Source of the DNA: Candidatus Karelsulcia muelleri
Lineage (GTDB): Bacteria; Bacteroidota; Bacteroidia; Flavobacteriales; Blattabacteriaceae
DNA length: 32,000 nt
NCBI RefSeq assembly: GCF_022985615.1
Contig: NZ_CP094965.1
Coordinates: 30,001-62,000 of the forward strand
Reading direction: 5' to 3'
Under the pieces are notes generated by a model. The model did not search any database. It was not told the origin of the DNA and worked only from the letters and a program-made list of their open reading frames with translations. A program made the translations under genes and the position numbers. This document shows, one piece after another, positions 17,703 through 27,919 of the stretch (its first letter is position 1; the number at the start of each line of letters is the position of its first letter).

Positions 17703-19495
17703 GATTTATTAGAAATTTTTGTATTCTCGCTCATATTGATCATGGAAAAAGTACACTAGCAGATAGATTATTAGAGTATACTCATACTATATCGAGACAA
17801 AATATTTTAAAAAAAAATCAATATTTAGATAACCTTGAAATAGAAAGAAAAAGAGGAATAACAATTAAGAGTCATCCAATTCAAATGGAATACACTACTG
17901 AAAATAAAAAATATATTCTTAACTTAATAGATACACCAGGTCATGTAGATTTTTCATATGAAGTTGAAAGATCTATTTCAGCTTGTGAAGGAGTGTTATT
18001 ATTAGTTGATGCGACTAAAGGAATACAAGCACAAACTATTTCTAAAATTTCTTTAGCAGTAAGAAAACAAAAAATCATTATACCGATAATTAATAAAATT
18101 GATTTACCTACTATTAATATAGATAATCTAAAAAAAGAGATTATAAATTTATTAAAATGTAATTGGAAAGATATCCTGTGTATTAGTGCAAAAAAAGGGA
18201 CTGGTATAAAAAAGGTTCTATATAGTTTAATTAATAAAATACCTGCTCCTAATGGTAATAAAAATGAACCATTACAAGCCTTAATATTCGATTCAGTATA
18301 CAATTCTTTTCGTGGGGTACAAATATACTTTAGAATAATAAATGGTAAGATATATAAAGGACAGAAAATTAAATTTTTGTCTAACAATAAAAATTATTAT
18401 GCTAATGAAATTGGAGTATTTAAAAATACCAATATTTCTAAAAATATACTTTCAACTGGAAATGTTGGTTATTTAATACCTGGAATAAAAAATCCATCTG
18501 AAATTAAAATAGGAGATACATTAACGGATGCAGTAAATCCAAATTTTAAGTTAATTAAAGTATTTAAAAAAAAACAACCAAGGGTATATGCTGGAATATA
18601 TCCAAGTAAACCAAATCAGTATAAATCTTTAAAGAATTCTTTAGAAAAATTATATTTAAACGATTCTTCATTATTCTTTAGACCTGAAACTACTTCTACA
18701 TTTGGGTTAGGATTTAGATGTGGTTTTTTAGGTTCATTACACATGGAAATTATAAAAGAAAGATTAGAAAAAGAATATAATTTAAAAGTTATACTGACTA
18801 TACCTAATGTAAAATATAAAATTACTTTAAAAAATCACGAAGTAAAATTTATTACTTCACCGAGTACATTACCAGATAAGAAAAACATTTTGTTTTTTGA
18901 AGAACCCTATGTGATAACTAATATAATTACAAAATCTGAATTTATAGGTCCTGTTATAGAATTAGTCCTCAATAGAAGAGGGAAATTACTTTTTCAAAGA
19001 TATTTAACTGCAAATAAAATTGAATTACTCTTTGAATTACCTTTCTCTGAAATAATAATGGATTTTTATGATAAACTTAAGAGTATTTCTAAGGGATATG
19101 CTTCTTTTAATTATGAATCCATTAATTATAAAAAGTCTGATTTAGTAAAAATCAATATTCTAATAAATAGAAAATTAATTGATGCTTTTTCAATGCTAAT
19201 AGAAAGAAAAAAAGCATTGACTTTTGCTAAAAAAATATGTAATAATTTATCTAAATTAATTCCGAAAAAGCAGTTTGAAATTCCAATACAAGCCACAATA
19301 GAAAAAAAGGTTGTTTGTAGAATTAATATAAAACCTTTTCGAAAAGATGTAATATCCAAGTGTTATGGTGGAGATATTTCTAGAAAACGCAAGCTTTTGG
19401 AAAAACAAAAAATCGGAAAAAAAAAATTGAGAATAATTGGAAATCTTTCTTTACCTAAATCTACTTATATTTCTATTTTTAAAAAAGTAAATTAA
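17699..19495 (+). CDS. lepA: elongation factor 4
   Basis: [51 protein letters not shown], C-terminal [22 protein letters not shown]. Confidence 0.97.
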   Translation: [598 protein letters not shown]

Positions 19496-19528
19496 AAAAA
19501 TTAATATTTAATATTTAAATTAAATATT

Positions 19529-19603
19529 TCCTCAGTAGCTCAGTTTGGTTAGAGCACCTGACTGTTAATCAGGGTGTCGTTGGTTCAAATCCAACCTGAG
19601 GAG
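19529..19603 (+). tRNA. tRNA-Asn(GTT)
   Basis: Acceptor TCCTCAG/CTGAGGA, anticodon arm CCTGA-CTGTTAA-TCAGG, GTTGGTTCAAATCCAAC. Confidence 0.93.
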
Positions 19604-19627
19604 TATAATACCTGGTATAATTAATAC

Positions 19628-22600
19628 CTACCACCTAATACCTGGTACCTGGTACCTAATACCTGGTACCTGGTACCTAATACCTGGTACCTGGTACCTA
19701 ATACCTGGAATATATTTTTTAATTGCTATGTAAACTTTTTTGTTATTTACATAACAATAGAAATTTATCTTTCTTTTATTTAAGATTACTTCTTTAACTA
19801 AAGCCTCAGTGCTTATATTTTTATAATATTTTTTTATAGTTATTAAAAACATCTCATCCTCACTGTTAATATACACGACTATTCTCTGAGTAACAGTAAA
19901 GCCTTTTTTCTTTCTCAAATTTTGAATTACTTTTATTAAATCTCTTAATAAGCCTTCTAAAATTAATTTCTTCGTGAGTTGTGAGTCTATTCCAACAATG
20001 AAATCTTGATTAATACTTAATTTCCAGAAGTTTTTGGGTTTGTAATCTATTATAAATTCTTTTATAGATAGCTTAAATCTTTTATTATTTATATTTATAT
20101 CTATATTTTCTTTTATTTCTAACTTATTCTTATTTGTTTTTATATAAGAATTTATCAAATTAATATCTCTTTTATATTTTTTTCCTAATAAATTATAATT
20201 AGGTTTTATATCAATTGTTGCTATCTTATTAAGATTTTGTTTTATTTTAATTTTATTTACATTAACTTCATTTTTAATTAAATTTAAGATATCTTTAGAT
20301 AATAAGATATTATTAGACTCTTTTTTAAGTAGAATAATTGCTTTGGTTAATTTTTGTCGAACTTTAAGATTATTTGTTTTTCTAAGAAATAATATTTTTG
20401 AAGTAATATTTTGTGCTAATTTCATTCTCTTTTCTAGAGATTTATCTACTAATTTCTTTCTATAAAGAGGAAATTTAACTAGATGTACACTTTCATAAGG
20501 TTCTTTTTTTTTTATATTGAGATTATTATAAAATTTTTCCATAAAAAATGGGGCAATAGGTGAAGAGATTTTAAATATAGTAATTAAACAAGTATAAAGG
20601 GTTTTATAAGCGTTAATCTTATCTTCATTATAATCATTTTTCCAGAACTTTCTTCTAGAAAGCCTAATATACCAATTACTTAAATCAAAAATTACAAATT
20701 TTTCTATTTTTTTTGCTACTTTAAAAATGTTATATTTTTTATAATAGATTGATATATCTTTTATTAAAGTATTTAATTTAGAAATTATCCATTTTTCTAA
20801 TAACTTTAGATTTTCTATTTTAAGTTCTATTTCATTGGGGAAAAAATTATCTATATTTGCATATAAAGCAAAGAAAGAATATGAATTAAATAAAGTACCA
20901 AAAAACTTTTTTGTTACCTTTTTTATTCCTTTTTCATCAAATTTAATATTTTCCCAGGATTTAGAATTAGAGATTAGATACCATCTAATAGGATCAGAAC
21001 CATATTTTTTTAATAGTTTTATTGGATCAATTGTATTTCCCTGATTTTTAGACATTTTTTTACCTAATTTATCTAAAATTAAACCATTGGAAATGGCCGT
21101 TTTAAATGCAATAGAATTCGAAATTAGAGTAGAAAGAATATGCAAAGTAAAAAACCACCCTCTAGTTTGATCTACACCTTCACAAATAAAGTCAGCTGGA
21201 ATATTTATTTTATTTTCTATTAATTTTCTATTCTCAAAAGGATAATGTAGTTGTGCATAAGGCATTGCCCCGGAATCAAACCAAACATCCACAATTTCGG
21301 GTTCTCTTTTTAGTGGTATTTTTTTTTTAGAGACTAAGATAACTTTATCTAAAGTATGTTTATGAAGATCTATTTTTGAATAATTTTTTCTTTTCATATT
21401 TCCAATTCTAAAATCTTCAAATGGATTTTTTTTCATATATCCAGCATCAATTGATTTCTCTATTTCCTTAATTAATTCTTCAATTGAGCCTATTATTTTT
21501 TCTTCTTTATTTGCAGTTGAACGCCAAATTGGTAATGGAATTCCCCAATATCTACTTCTAGAAATATTCCAATCTTTTAAATTTTTTAACCAATTTTCGA
21601 ATCGTTTAATCCCTGTACTTTTTGGTATCCAATTAATTAATTTATTTAATTTAATTAATTTGTTTTTATATTTGCTGGTTTTAATAAACCAAGAACTTAT
21701 TGGATAATATAATATTGGGGCTTTAGTTCTCCAACAATGTGGATAAGAATGGATATGCTTGCCAATTAGAAAAATTTTCTCTTCTTTTTTTAAATATAAA
21801 GCGATTTTAAAATCAGTTGATAAATCGTTTGATAATGATTTTTCTTTATTATTTTCATATTCTTTTTTAATAAATTTTCCACTAAATAGTGGATGTAAAT
21901 TTTTTATAAATTTACCTTTATTATCTACTAAAGGGATTAAAGTATTTTTTTTCCCCTTTATCATCATCATAGGAATTTTGTTTTTTTTAGCCAATTCAAA
22001 ATCTTTTTCACCAAAACACGGAGCAATATGCACAACTCCTGTCCCTTCTGATTCACTGACGAAATCTCCATCTATGTCTCCATCTATGATTTTAAAAGCT
22101 TTTTCACAACCTTCATAAGGTTTTTTCCAAGTAATAAGTTGCTCATACTTTGTATCCAAAAGTACTTTCCCCTTAAAGGTTTTAATAATTTTATATGGAA
22201 TTTTATTATTCTTTTTTTTAAATAAAGTAATTTTTTTCTTTCTATTTCTTAGAAAAAAAAAGCCACTATCTAAAGTTTTAGATATTGTTTTCTTAGAAAG
22301 AATTATATTTATTTTTTTTAATGTATAAGGATTATAAGTATTTATTAAAACATATTCTATATTTCTTCTTATTGCTAATGCAGTATTAGATGGTAGTGTC
22401 CAAGGTGTAGTCGTCCATGATAATATATATATATCATCTTTAATATCATCAAATTTACAAGATAGAGTGTTTTTCTTAATTTGGAATTGAGCTATTACTG
22501 TAGTATCTGTTCTGTTTTTATAACAACCTGGGTAATTTAATTCATGTGTACTTAAACCAGTTCCAGCAATTGGAGAATAAGGTTGAATTTTAAAATCTTT

Positions 22601-23122
22601 ATAAAGATTATTTTGATTATATATTTTTTTTAATAACCACCATACTGTTTCTATATATTTTGTATCATAAGTAAAATATGCCTTTTTGAAGTCTAACCAA
22701 TAACCAATTTTCTTACTAATTTCATTCCATTTTTTAACATTTTTGTTTACCAGACTTTTACATTTTTTATTAAATGTTTTTATTCCAATTTTTTTTTTAA
22801 TATCGTTTTTTGATATCCCCATTTTCTTTTCTACTACTAATTCTACTGGCAACCCATGAGTATCCCAACCGGCTATTCTATTTACTTTATTATTGTTTAA
22901 TGTAAAATATCTACAGAATATATCTTTAATAGTTCTAGAAAATAAATGATGTAAACCTGGTTTACCATTTATTGATGGTGGTCCCTCATAAAATACAATA
23001 TTCTTTTTATAATTTTTGGATAAACATTTTTTAAAGATTTTTTTTTCTTTCCAAAATTTTTTTATTTCGTTTGAAATTTCATACATTTTTAACTTATTGT
23101 ATTCTCTGAATATTTTTGCCAT
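19628..23122 (-). CDS. ileS: isoleucyl-tRNA synthetase
   Basis: YEGPPSINGKPGLHHLFSRTIKDIFCR, GWDTHGLPVE, DVWFDSGAMPYAQ, GLILDKLGKKMSKNQGNTIDP. Confidence 0.97.
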   Translation of the reverse strand: MAKIFREYNKLKMYEISNEIKKFWKEKKIFKKCLSKNYKKNIVFYEGPPSINGKPGLHHLFSRTIKDIFCRYFTLNNNKVNRIAGWDTHGLPVELVVEKKMGISKNDIKKKIGIKTFNKKCKSLVNKNVKKWNEISKKIGYWLDFKKAYFTYDTKYIETVWWLLKKIYNQNNLYKDFKIQPYSPIAGTGLSTHELNYPGCYKNRTDTTVIAQFQIKKNTLSCKFDDIKDDIYILSWTTTPWTLPSNTALAIRRNIEYVLINTYNPYTLKKINIILSKKTISKTLDSGFFFLRNRKKKITLFKKKNNKIPYKIIKTFKGKVLLDTKYEQLITWKKPYEGCEKAFKIIDGDIDGDFVSESEGTGVVHIAPCFGEKDFELAKKNKIPMMMIKGKKNTLIPLVDNKGKFIKNLHPLFSGKFIKKEYENNKEKSLSNDLSTDFKIALYLKKEEKIFLIGKHIHSYPHCWRTKAPILYYPISSWFIKTSKYKNKLIKLNKLINWIPKSTGIKRFENWLKNLKDWNISRSRYWGIPLPIWRSTANKEEKIIGSIEELIKEIEKSIDAGYMKKNPFEDFRIGNMKRKNYSKIDLHKHTLDKVILVSKKKIPLKREPEIVDVWFDSGAMPYAQLHYPFENRKLIENKINIPADFICEGVDQTRGWFFTLHILSTLISNSIAFKTAISNGLILDKLGKKMSKNQGNTIDPIKLLKKYGSDPIRWYLISNSKSWENIKFDEKGIKKVTKKFFGTLFNSYSFFALYANIDNFFPNEIELKIENLKLLEKWIISKLNTLIKDISIYYKKYNIFKVAKKIEKFVIFDLSNWYIRLSRRKFWKNDYNEDKINAYKTLYTCLITIFKISSPIAPFFMEKFYNNLNIKKKEPYESVHLVKFPLYRKKLVDKSLEKRMKLAQNITSKILFLRKTNNLKVRQKLTKAIILLKKESNNILLSKDILNLIKNEVNVNKIKIKQNLNKIATIDIKPNYNLLGKKYKRDINLINSYIKTNKNKLEIKENIDININNKRFKLSIKEFIIDYKPKNFWKLSINQDFIVGIDSQLTKKLILEGLLRDLIKVIQNLRKKKGFTVTQRIVVYINSEDEMFLITIKKYYKNISTEALVKEVILNKRKINFYCYVNNKKVYIAIKKYIPGIRYQVPGIRYQVPGIRYQVPGIRW
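19637..19708. repeat. 3.4 x 21-bp array (aatacctggtacctggtacct) at the ileS 3' end
   Basis: Direct reading; translates on the minus strand to (GIRYQVP)n, the last residues of IleRS. Confidence 0.95.
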
Positions 23123-23149
23123 TTTTTATTTTTATTTATATATTCTTCT

Positions 23150-23470
23150 TATTCTAAGTCTAAGTCTTCTAAGTCTGTCTTCTAAGTCTGTCTTCTAAGT
23201 CTAAGTCTTCTAAGTCTGTCTTCTAAGTCTAAGTCTAAGTCTTCTAAGTCTGTCTTCTAAGTCTGTCTTCTAAGTCTGTCTTCTAAGTCTTCTAAGTCTG
23301 TCTCTGTCTTCTACTTACTTATTCTACTTTCTACTTTACTTTCTACTTACTTACTTATTCTACTTACTTATTCTACTTACTTATTCTACTTACTTATTCT
23401 ACTTACTTATCTTATCTTATTCTACTTACTTATTCTACTTTACTTTCTATTCTACTTACTTACTTACTTA
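23150..23470. repeat. compound array: 13-bp unit tctaagtctgtct followed by tctacttacttat-type repeats
   Basis: Direct reading between the divergent ileS and grpE genes. Confidence 0.94.
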
Positions 23471-23499
23471 TGTTTGTACTTTACTTTGTACTTGTACTT

Positions 23500-23700
23500 G
23501 TACTTACGTCTAGACTAAGATAATTAAAGAAAGATAAAGATAATTAGAAGTAGAATTAGAATTCTTATAATTATTAGAATTATTAGAATTCTTATAATTA
23601 TTATAATTAATTATTAGAATTATTATAATAATTAATTAATTAATTAATTAATTAATTAATTAATTAGGAATTAGGAATTAGGAATTAGGAATTAGGAATT
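23500..23700. repeat. attagaattcttataatt repeats, then (ATTA)n, then (TTAGGAA)n
   Basis: Direct reading. Confidence 0.9.
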
Positions 23701-23715
23701 AGTTTTTTTCCTTTA

Positions 23716-23800
23716 GTTTAGTTTAGTTTAGTTTAGTTTAGTTTAGTTTAGTTTAGTTTAGTTTAGTTTAGTTTAGTTTAGTTTAGTTTAGTTTAGTTTA
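23716..23800. repeat. (GTTTA)x17 perfect pentanucleotide array
   Basis: Direct reading; followed almost at once by an (ACAAA)n tract up to about 23830. Confidence 0.96.
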
Positions 23801-23843
23801 GTTGAAACAAACAAAACAAAACAAAACAAAAAAATAGAAACAA

Positions 23844-24428
23844 ATGCAAATGAATAACAAGAATCATCAAATTAAAAAGAACAACAAAAAAAAATCACTT
23901 TTATTAAAACTAATTAAATATATTGAACATAGTAATATTAAAAACAAAGAAAAAATCATAAAATTAATGTTAAACTTTAATAATTATAAAAAAAAGAAAA
24001 TTAATAAATTAATAGGAATTCTTGCTGAATTTGAAAATTATAAAAAACGTATAGAAAAAAACAAAAAGCTAATAATAGAAAATGCTAATAAAAACTTATT
24101 ATTAGAATTGCTAAGTTTAGCAGAGGATTTTAATAGATGCTTTAATAGCAAGAAAGAGAAAGATAGCAAGAAAGAGAAAGATAGCAAGAAAGATAAGGAA
24201 GGAATAAAAATAATAAATAGAAAATTATGGAACCTTTTAAAAAAAGAAGGGATAAAAAAAATCAAATCGAAAAAAGGAGATGTTTTTAATACAGATATTC
24301 ATGAAGCCGTATCAATACAAACTATAAAAAAAACTGAATTGAAAGGAAAAATATTACACATAATAGAATCAGGATATAGTTTTAAAAACAAAATAATTAA
24401 ATATACTAAAGTAATTGTAGGAAAATAA
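23844..24428 (+). CDS. grpE: nucleotide exchange factor GrpE
   Basis: LIGILAEFENYKKRIEKNKK...DLNRCF-like core and C-terminal DIHEAVSIQTI...GKILHIIESGYSFKNKIIKYTKVIVGK, directly upstream of dnaJ. Confidence 0.92.
   Translation: MQMNNKNHQIKKNNKKKSLLLKLIKYIEHSNIKNKEKIIKLMLNFNNYKKKKINKLIGILAEFENYKKRIEKNKKLIIENANKNLLLELLSLAEDFNRCFNSKKEKDSKKEKDSKKDKEGIKIINRKLWNLLKKEGIKKIKSKKGDVFNTDIHEAVSIQTIKKTELKGKILHIIESGYSFKNKIIKYTKVIVGK
24147..24197. repeat. 2.8 x 18-bp in-frame repeat (agcaagaaagagaaagat) inside grpE
   Basis: Direct reading; encodes (SKKEKD)n. Confidence 0.94.
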
Positions 24429-24436
24429 AAAAATAA

Positions 24437-25525
24437 ATGAATAAAAAAGATTATTATGAAATACTTGGAGTAAATAGAGATGCAACTCTTGATCAAATAA
24501 AAAGAGCATACAGAAAATTAGCATTAAAATATCATCCAGATAAAAATAGAGAAAATAAAAAAGAGGCTGAAGAAAAATTCAAAGAAGCTGCAGAAGCTTA
24601 TAATGTATTAAGTGATAAAAATAAGAGAAATACATACGATCAATATGGACATCATCAAGAATATCATAATAAAAGTAATAATATAAATATAGAAGATATA
24701 TTATCTAATTTTGGAGATATATTTAATGATACATTAGGTGGTGGTTTCACAGAATTTGAAGAAGAAAATCCTGAAAATAGGAATAGAGGAGAAGACTTAA
24801 GAATTAAAATTAAATTAGATTTATGGGAAATTTATAAAGGCGTAAAAACAAAAGTAAAAGTTAAACGACTTAAATTTTACAAAAATTTAAACTTTAAAAG
24901 TTGTGATTATTGTGAAGGAACAGGCAATATTAATAAATATACTAGTACTTTTTTAGGTAGAATACAAACTAGTATAACTTGTAATCAATGTTTAGGGTTA
25001 GGTAAAATAATAAAAAATACTCCACTAGGCGTAAATAATCAAGGTCTAAAGAAAGTTGAAGAATTAATAAATATTAAAATTCCAGCTGGTGCAAGGAATA
25101 AAATGCACCTGAGAATATTAGGTAAAGGGAACGATCCAGTTTTTGGTATTGGTGTACCAGGTGATTTAATTGTTATAGTAGAAGAAATACCACATAAAAA
25201 CTTAAATAGAGATGGGGATAATTTATCATATGATTTGTATTTATCAATCCCCAAAGCAATATTAGGAACATTTGAATATATCCCTACAATAACTGGGAAA
25301 GCCAGAGTGAAAATAGAACCAGGAATTCAACCAGGAAAAATTTTAAGATTAAAAGGAAAAGGACTACCAAAAATAAAAGGATTTGGAAGAGGAGACTTAT
25401 TTGTCAATATAAATATTTGGATTCCTAAAAAAATAAATAGTGAACAACGACTTTTTTTAAAACAAATTAAAAATGATCCTAATTTTATACCAAAAACTAA
25501 AAATAATAAAGAGTATTTTTTTTGA
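24437..25525 (+). CDS. dnaJ: chaperone DnaJ
   Basis: [45 protein letters not shown] and CNQCLGLG, typical C-terminal domains. Confidence 0.96.
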   Translation: MNKKDYYEILGVNRDATLDQIKRAYRKLALKYHPDKNRENKKEAEEKFKEAAEAYNVLSDKNKRNTYDQYGHHQEYHNKSNNINIEDILSNFGDIFNDTLGGGFTEFEEENPENRNRGEDLRIKIKLDLWEIYKGVKTKVKVKRLKFYKNLNFKSCDYCEGTGNINKYTSTFLGRIQTSITCNQCLGLGKIIKNTPLGVNNQGLKKVEELINIKIPAGARNKMHLRILGKGNDPVFGIGVPGDLIVIVEEIPHKNLNRDGDNLSYDLYLSIPKAILGTFEYIPTITGKARVKIEPGIQPGKILRLKGKGLPKIKGFGRGDLFVNINIWIPKKINSEQRLFLKQIKNDPNFIPKTKNNKEYFF

Positions 25526-25578
25526 GTAAAACGAGTAAAATAAAAGAAAAAATAAATGTTAAAGATTAAATATTAAAT

Positions 25579-26751
25579 ATGAAAAGAGTAATTGTTGGTT
25601 TATCTGGAGGCGTTGATTCAAGTGTTGCAGCCTTAATATTAAAGAAAAAGGGATACGAAGTAATAGGAATATATCTTAATTATAAAAATTCTTTCTGTGA
25701 TTGGGAAGAAGAAAGTATATCAGCTCTTATGGTATCTCAACAGCTTGGGATACCATTTTATATATTTGATATAACTAATTATTATAAAAAACTAATTTTT
25801 GATTATACAATTAATGAATATATTGGTGGGAAAACCCCTAACCCCGATGTTTTATGTAATAATAAAATAAAATTCAATATTTTTATAAAAAAATCAGTAA
25901 TTTTAAAAGCAGATTATATTGCTACGGGTCATTACGTAAGAAAAAAAAAAACATGTATAGCCGGAAAAACCATTTATAAACTATTTACTGCTTTAGATAA
26001 TAAAAAAGATCAATCTTATTTTTTATGTAATTTAAATCAAAATCAAATAAAAAAATCATTATTTCCACTTGGCAAACTTAATAAAGAAAAGGTTAGAAAA
26101 ATAGCCGAATATGCTAAATTAATTAATGCTAAAAGAAAAGATTCTCAAGGAATTTGTTTTTTAGGAAAAATTAATTTGGCTACAGTTATTAATAAAAAAA
26201 TAAATAATAAATTAGGAAAAATTATAATTATAAATAAAAAATGTAAAGTTTATAAAAAAAAGATATTATATGGTTTATCTACTATTGAAAAATTATATAT
26301 TTTATCACAAAAAATAAAATATAGACCTAAATACGGAAAAATAATAGGCTATCATAAAGGTGTATATTATTTTACAAAAGGACAAAGAAAGGGTCTCAAA
26401 ATTGGAGGCTTAAGTAAACCAATATTTGTTATAGAGAAAGATTTAAAACAAAATATATTATATGTCGGACTAGGGAATAACCATCCTGGCTTATTTAATT
26501 CAGTAATTTTTATAAAAAAAGAAAATATTAATTGGATTTATAAAAAATATAAAAATTTAGTTGATAAAAACAATCCTTTTAAAGTAAAAACTAAGATACG
26601 ATCAAGACAAAGCTTTCAAATGGCAAGTTTATATAATATTAAACAAGGGATATATATTTATTTTCATTCACCTCAACGAGCACTAACAGAAGGACAATAT
26701 ATAGTATTGTATTTTAGAAATGAATTAATTTGTTCTTGCTTGTATAGTTGA
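25579..26751 (+). CDS. mnmA: tRNA 2-thiouridylase MnmA
   Basis: MKRVIVGLSGGVDSSVAALILKKKGYEVIG, GGKTPNPDVLCNNKIKF, DSQGICFLG. Confidence 0.97.
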   Translation: MKRVIVGLSGGVDSSVAALILKKKGYEVIGIYLNYKNSFCDWEEESISALMVSQQLGIPFYIFDITNYYKKLIFDYTINEYIGGKTPNPDVLCNNKIKFNIFIKKSVILKADYIATGHYVRKKKTCIAGKTIYKLFTALDNKKDQSYFLCNLNQNQIKKSLFPLGKLNKEKVRKIAEYAKLINAKRKDSQGICFLGKINLATVINKKINNKLGKIIIINKKCKVYKKKILYGLSTIEKLYILSQKIKYRPKYGKIIGYHKGVYYFTKGQRKGLKIGGLSKPIFVIEKDLKQNILYVGLGNNHPGLFNSVIFIKKENINWIYKKYKNLVDKNNPFKVKTKIRSRQSFQMASLYNIKQGIYIYFHSPQRALTEGQYIVLYFRNELICSCLYS

Positions 26752-27810
26752 TTAAGTTGAGATTTTAAATCGCCACTTAAAAGGATCATTGGATAAATTA
26801 TGCTGTATATCTAAGATAGATTTTTTAAAAAAATAAGAAATTCTTTTTTTCTTATTTAAAGAAGGTAATATATAATTCCTGTTTTGTATACTAATTAATT
26901 TTAAAGGATTAATTATTACAGCAGTACCACTCCCAAATATTTCATTAACTAATTTTTTTTTTAAATAGTATTTTAATTCTTCAACAGTTAAGTATCTTTC
27001 CTCTACTTTAATTTTATTTCTTTTTGCTATATCTATAATACTTTTACGAGTTATTCCATTAAGAATTTTATCGTCAGCTGGTGCAGTAATAAGACAATTT
27101 TTAATATAAAAAAAAACATTCATAGTACCAGATTCTTCAATAATGGAATGTGTCCCTGAATCAGTCCATAAAATTTGATCATAACCTTCTTCTTTTGCTT
27201 TTTGAGTTGGAAAAAATGAAGTTGCATAGTTTCCTGCTGCTTTAATAAAGCCAATTCCACCATTAGAAGATCTACTGTATTTTTGTTCTATTTTAACTTT
27301 TAATGGTCTTGAATAATAATTATTTACAGGGGTACAAATAACTAAAAACATATAATTTGAACTTGGTTTGGCTGATAATAGACCATCTGTTGCTATCAGA
27401 AATGGTCTTATATATAATGAATATCCATATTTAATTGGAATCCAATCCTTATCCAATTTTAATAAATTAATTAATCCTTCAAAAAAGATATTATATGGAA
27501 TAGTTGGCATTTGCAAACGTTTAGCCGAAATATTAAAACGATGAAAATTTTCTAAAGGTCTAAATAAAAAAACATTTTTTTCTTTATCTTTGAAGGCTTT
27601 CATCCCTTCAAAAATTGCTTGACCATAATGAAAAACTAAAGTAATTGGAGAAAAACTAAAATTACTAAATGGTTTTATTATAGCTTCATTCCAATTTTCA
27701 TTTTTATATTCACAATATAATATATGATCAGAAAAATATTTCCCAAAAGGAATATCTATCTCCCAATTAATTTTATCTATACTAGATATTTTGCATTTTT
27801 CAATACGCAT
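26752..27810 (-). CDS. ilvE: branched-chain amino acid aminotransferase
   Basis: FHYGQAIFEGMKAFKDKEKNVFLFRPLENFHRFNISAKRLQMP, ESGTMNVFFYI, GITRKSII, EVFGSGTAVIINPL. Confidence 0.93.
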   Translation of the reverse strand: MRIEKCKISSIDKINWEIDIPFGKYFSDHILYCEYKNENWNEAIIKPFSNFSFSPITLVFHYGQAIFEGMKAFKDKEKNVFLFRPLENFHRFNISAKRLQMPTIPYNIFFEGLINLLKLDKDWIPIKYGYSLYIRPFLIATDGLLSAKPSSNYMFLVICTPVNNYYSRPLKVKIEQKYSRSSNGGIGFIKAAGNYATSFFPTQKAKEEGYDQILWTDSGTHSIIEESGTMNVFFYIKNCLITAPADDKILNGITRKSIIDIAKRNKIKVEERYLTVEELKYYLKKKLVNEIFGSGTAVIINPLKLISIQNRNYILPSLNKKKRISYFFKKSILDIQHNLSNDPFKWRFKIST

Positions 27811-27849
27811 ATAGTAACTTTCTTCTTCAGATTAATAGTTTCTTCCTAT

Positions 27850-27880
27850 TCCTATTACTATTACTATTACTATTACTATT
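27850..27880. repeat. short (ATTACT)n hexanucleotide array between ilvE and def
   Basis: Direct reading; boundaries approximate. Confidence 0.8.
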
Positions 27881-27919
27881 AAAGATTAAGATTTTTATTT
27901 CTTCTTAATCTTAATCTTA

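Noticed and set aside
17243-18387. Minus-strand ORFs 17243..17437 and 17941..18387
   Set aside because: Opposite to the holB-like gene and lepA; no independent signature.
20835-22118. Plus-strand ORFs 20835..21044 and 21759..22118 inside ileS
   Set aside because: Antisense shadows of ileS without family features.
23016-23198. ORF 23016..23198(+) running into the repeat island
   Set aside because: Overlaps the ileS N-terminus antisense and its C-terminus is translated repeat (LSLSLLSLSSK).
23150-23470. CRISPR-like look of the repeated tctaagtctgtct region
   Set aside because: Units are directly adjacent with no unique spacers of constant length, and no cas genes are nearby; it is an ordinary tandem array.
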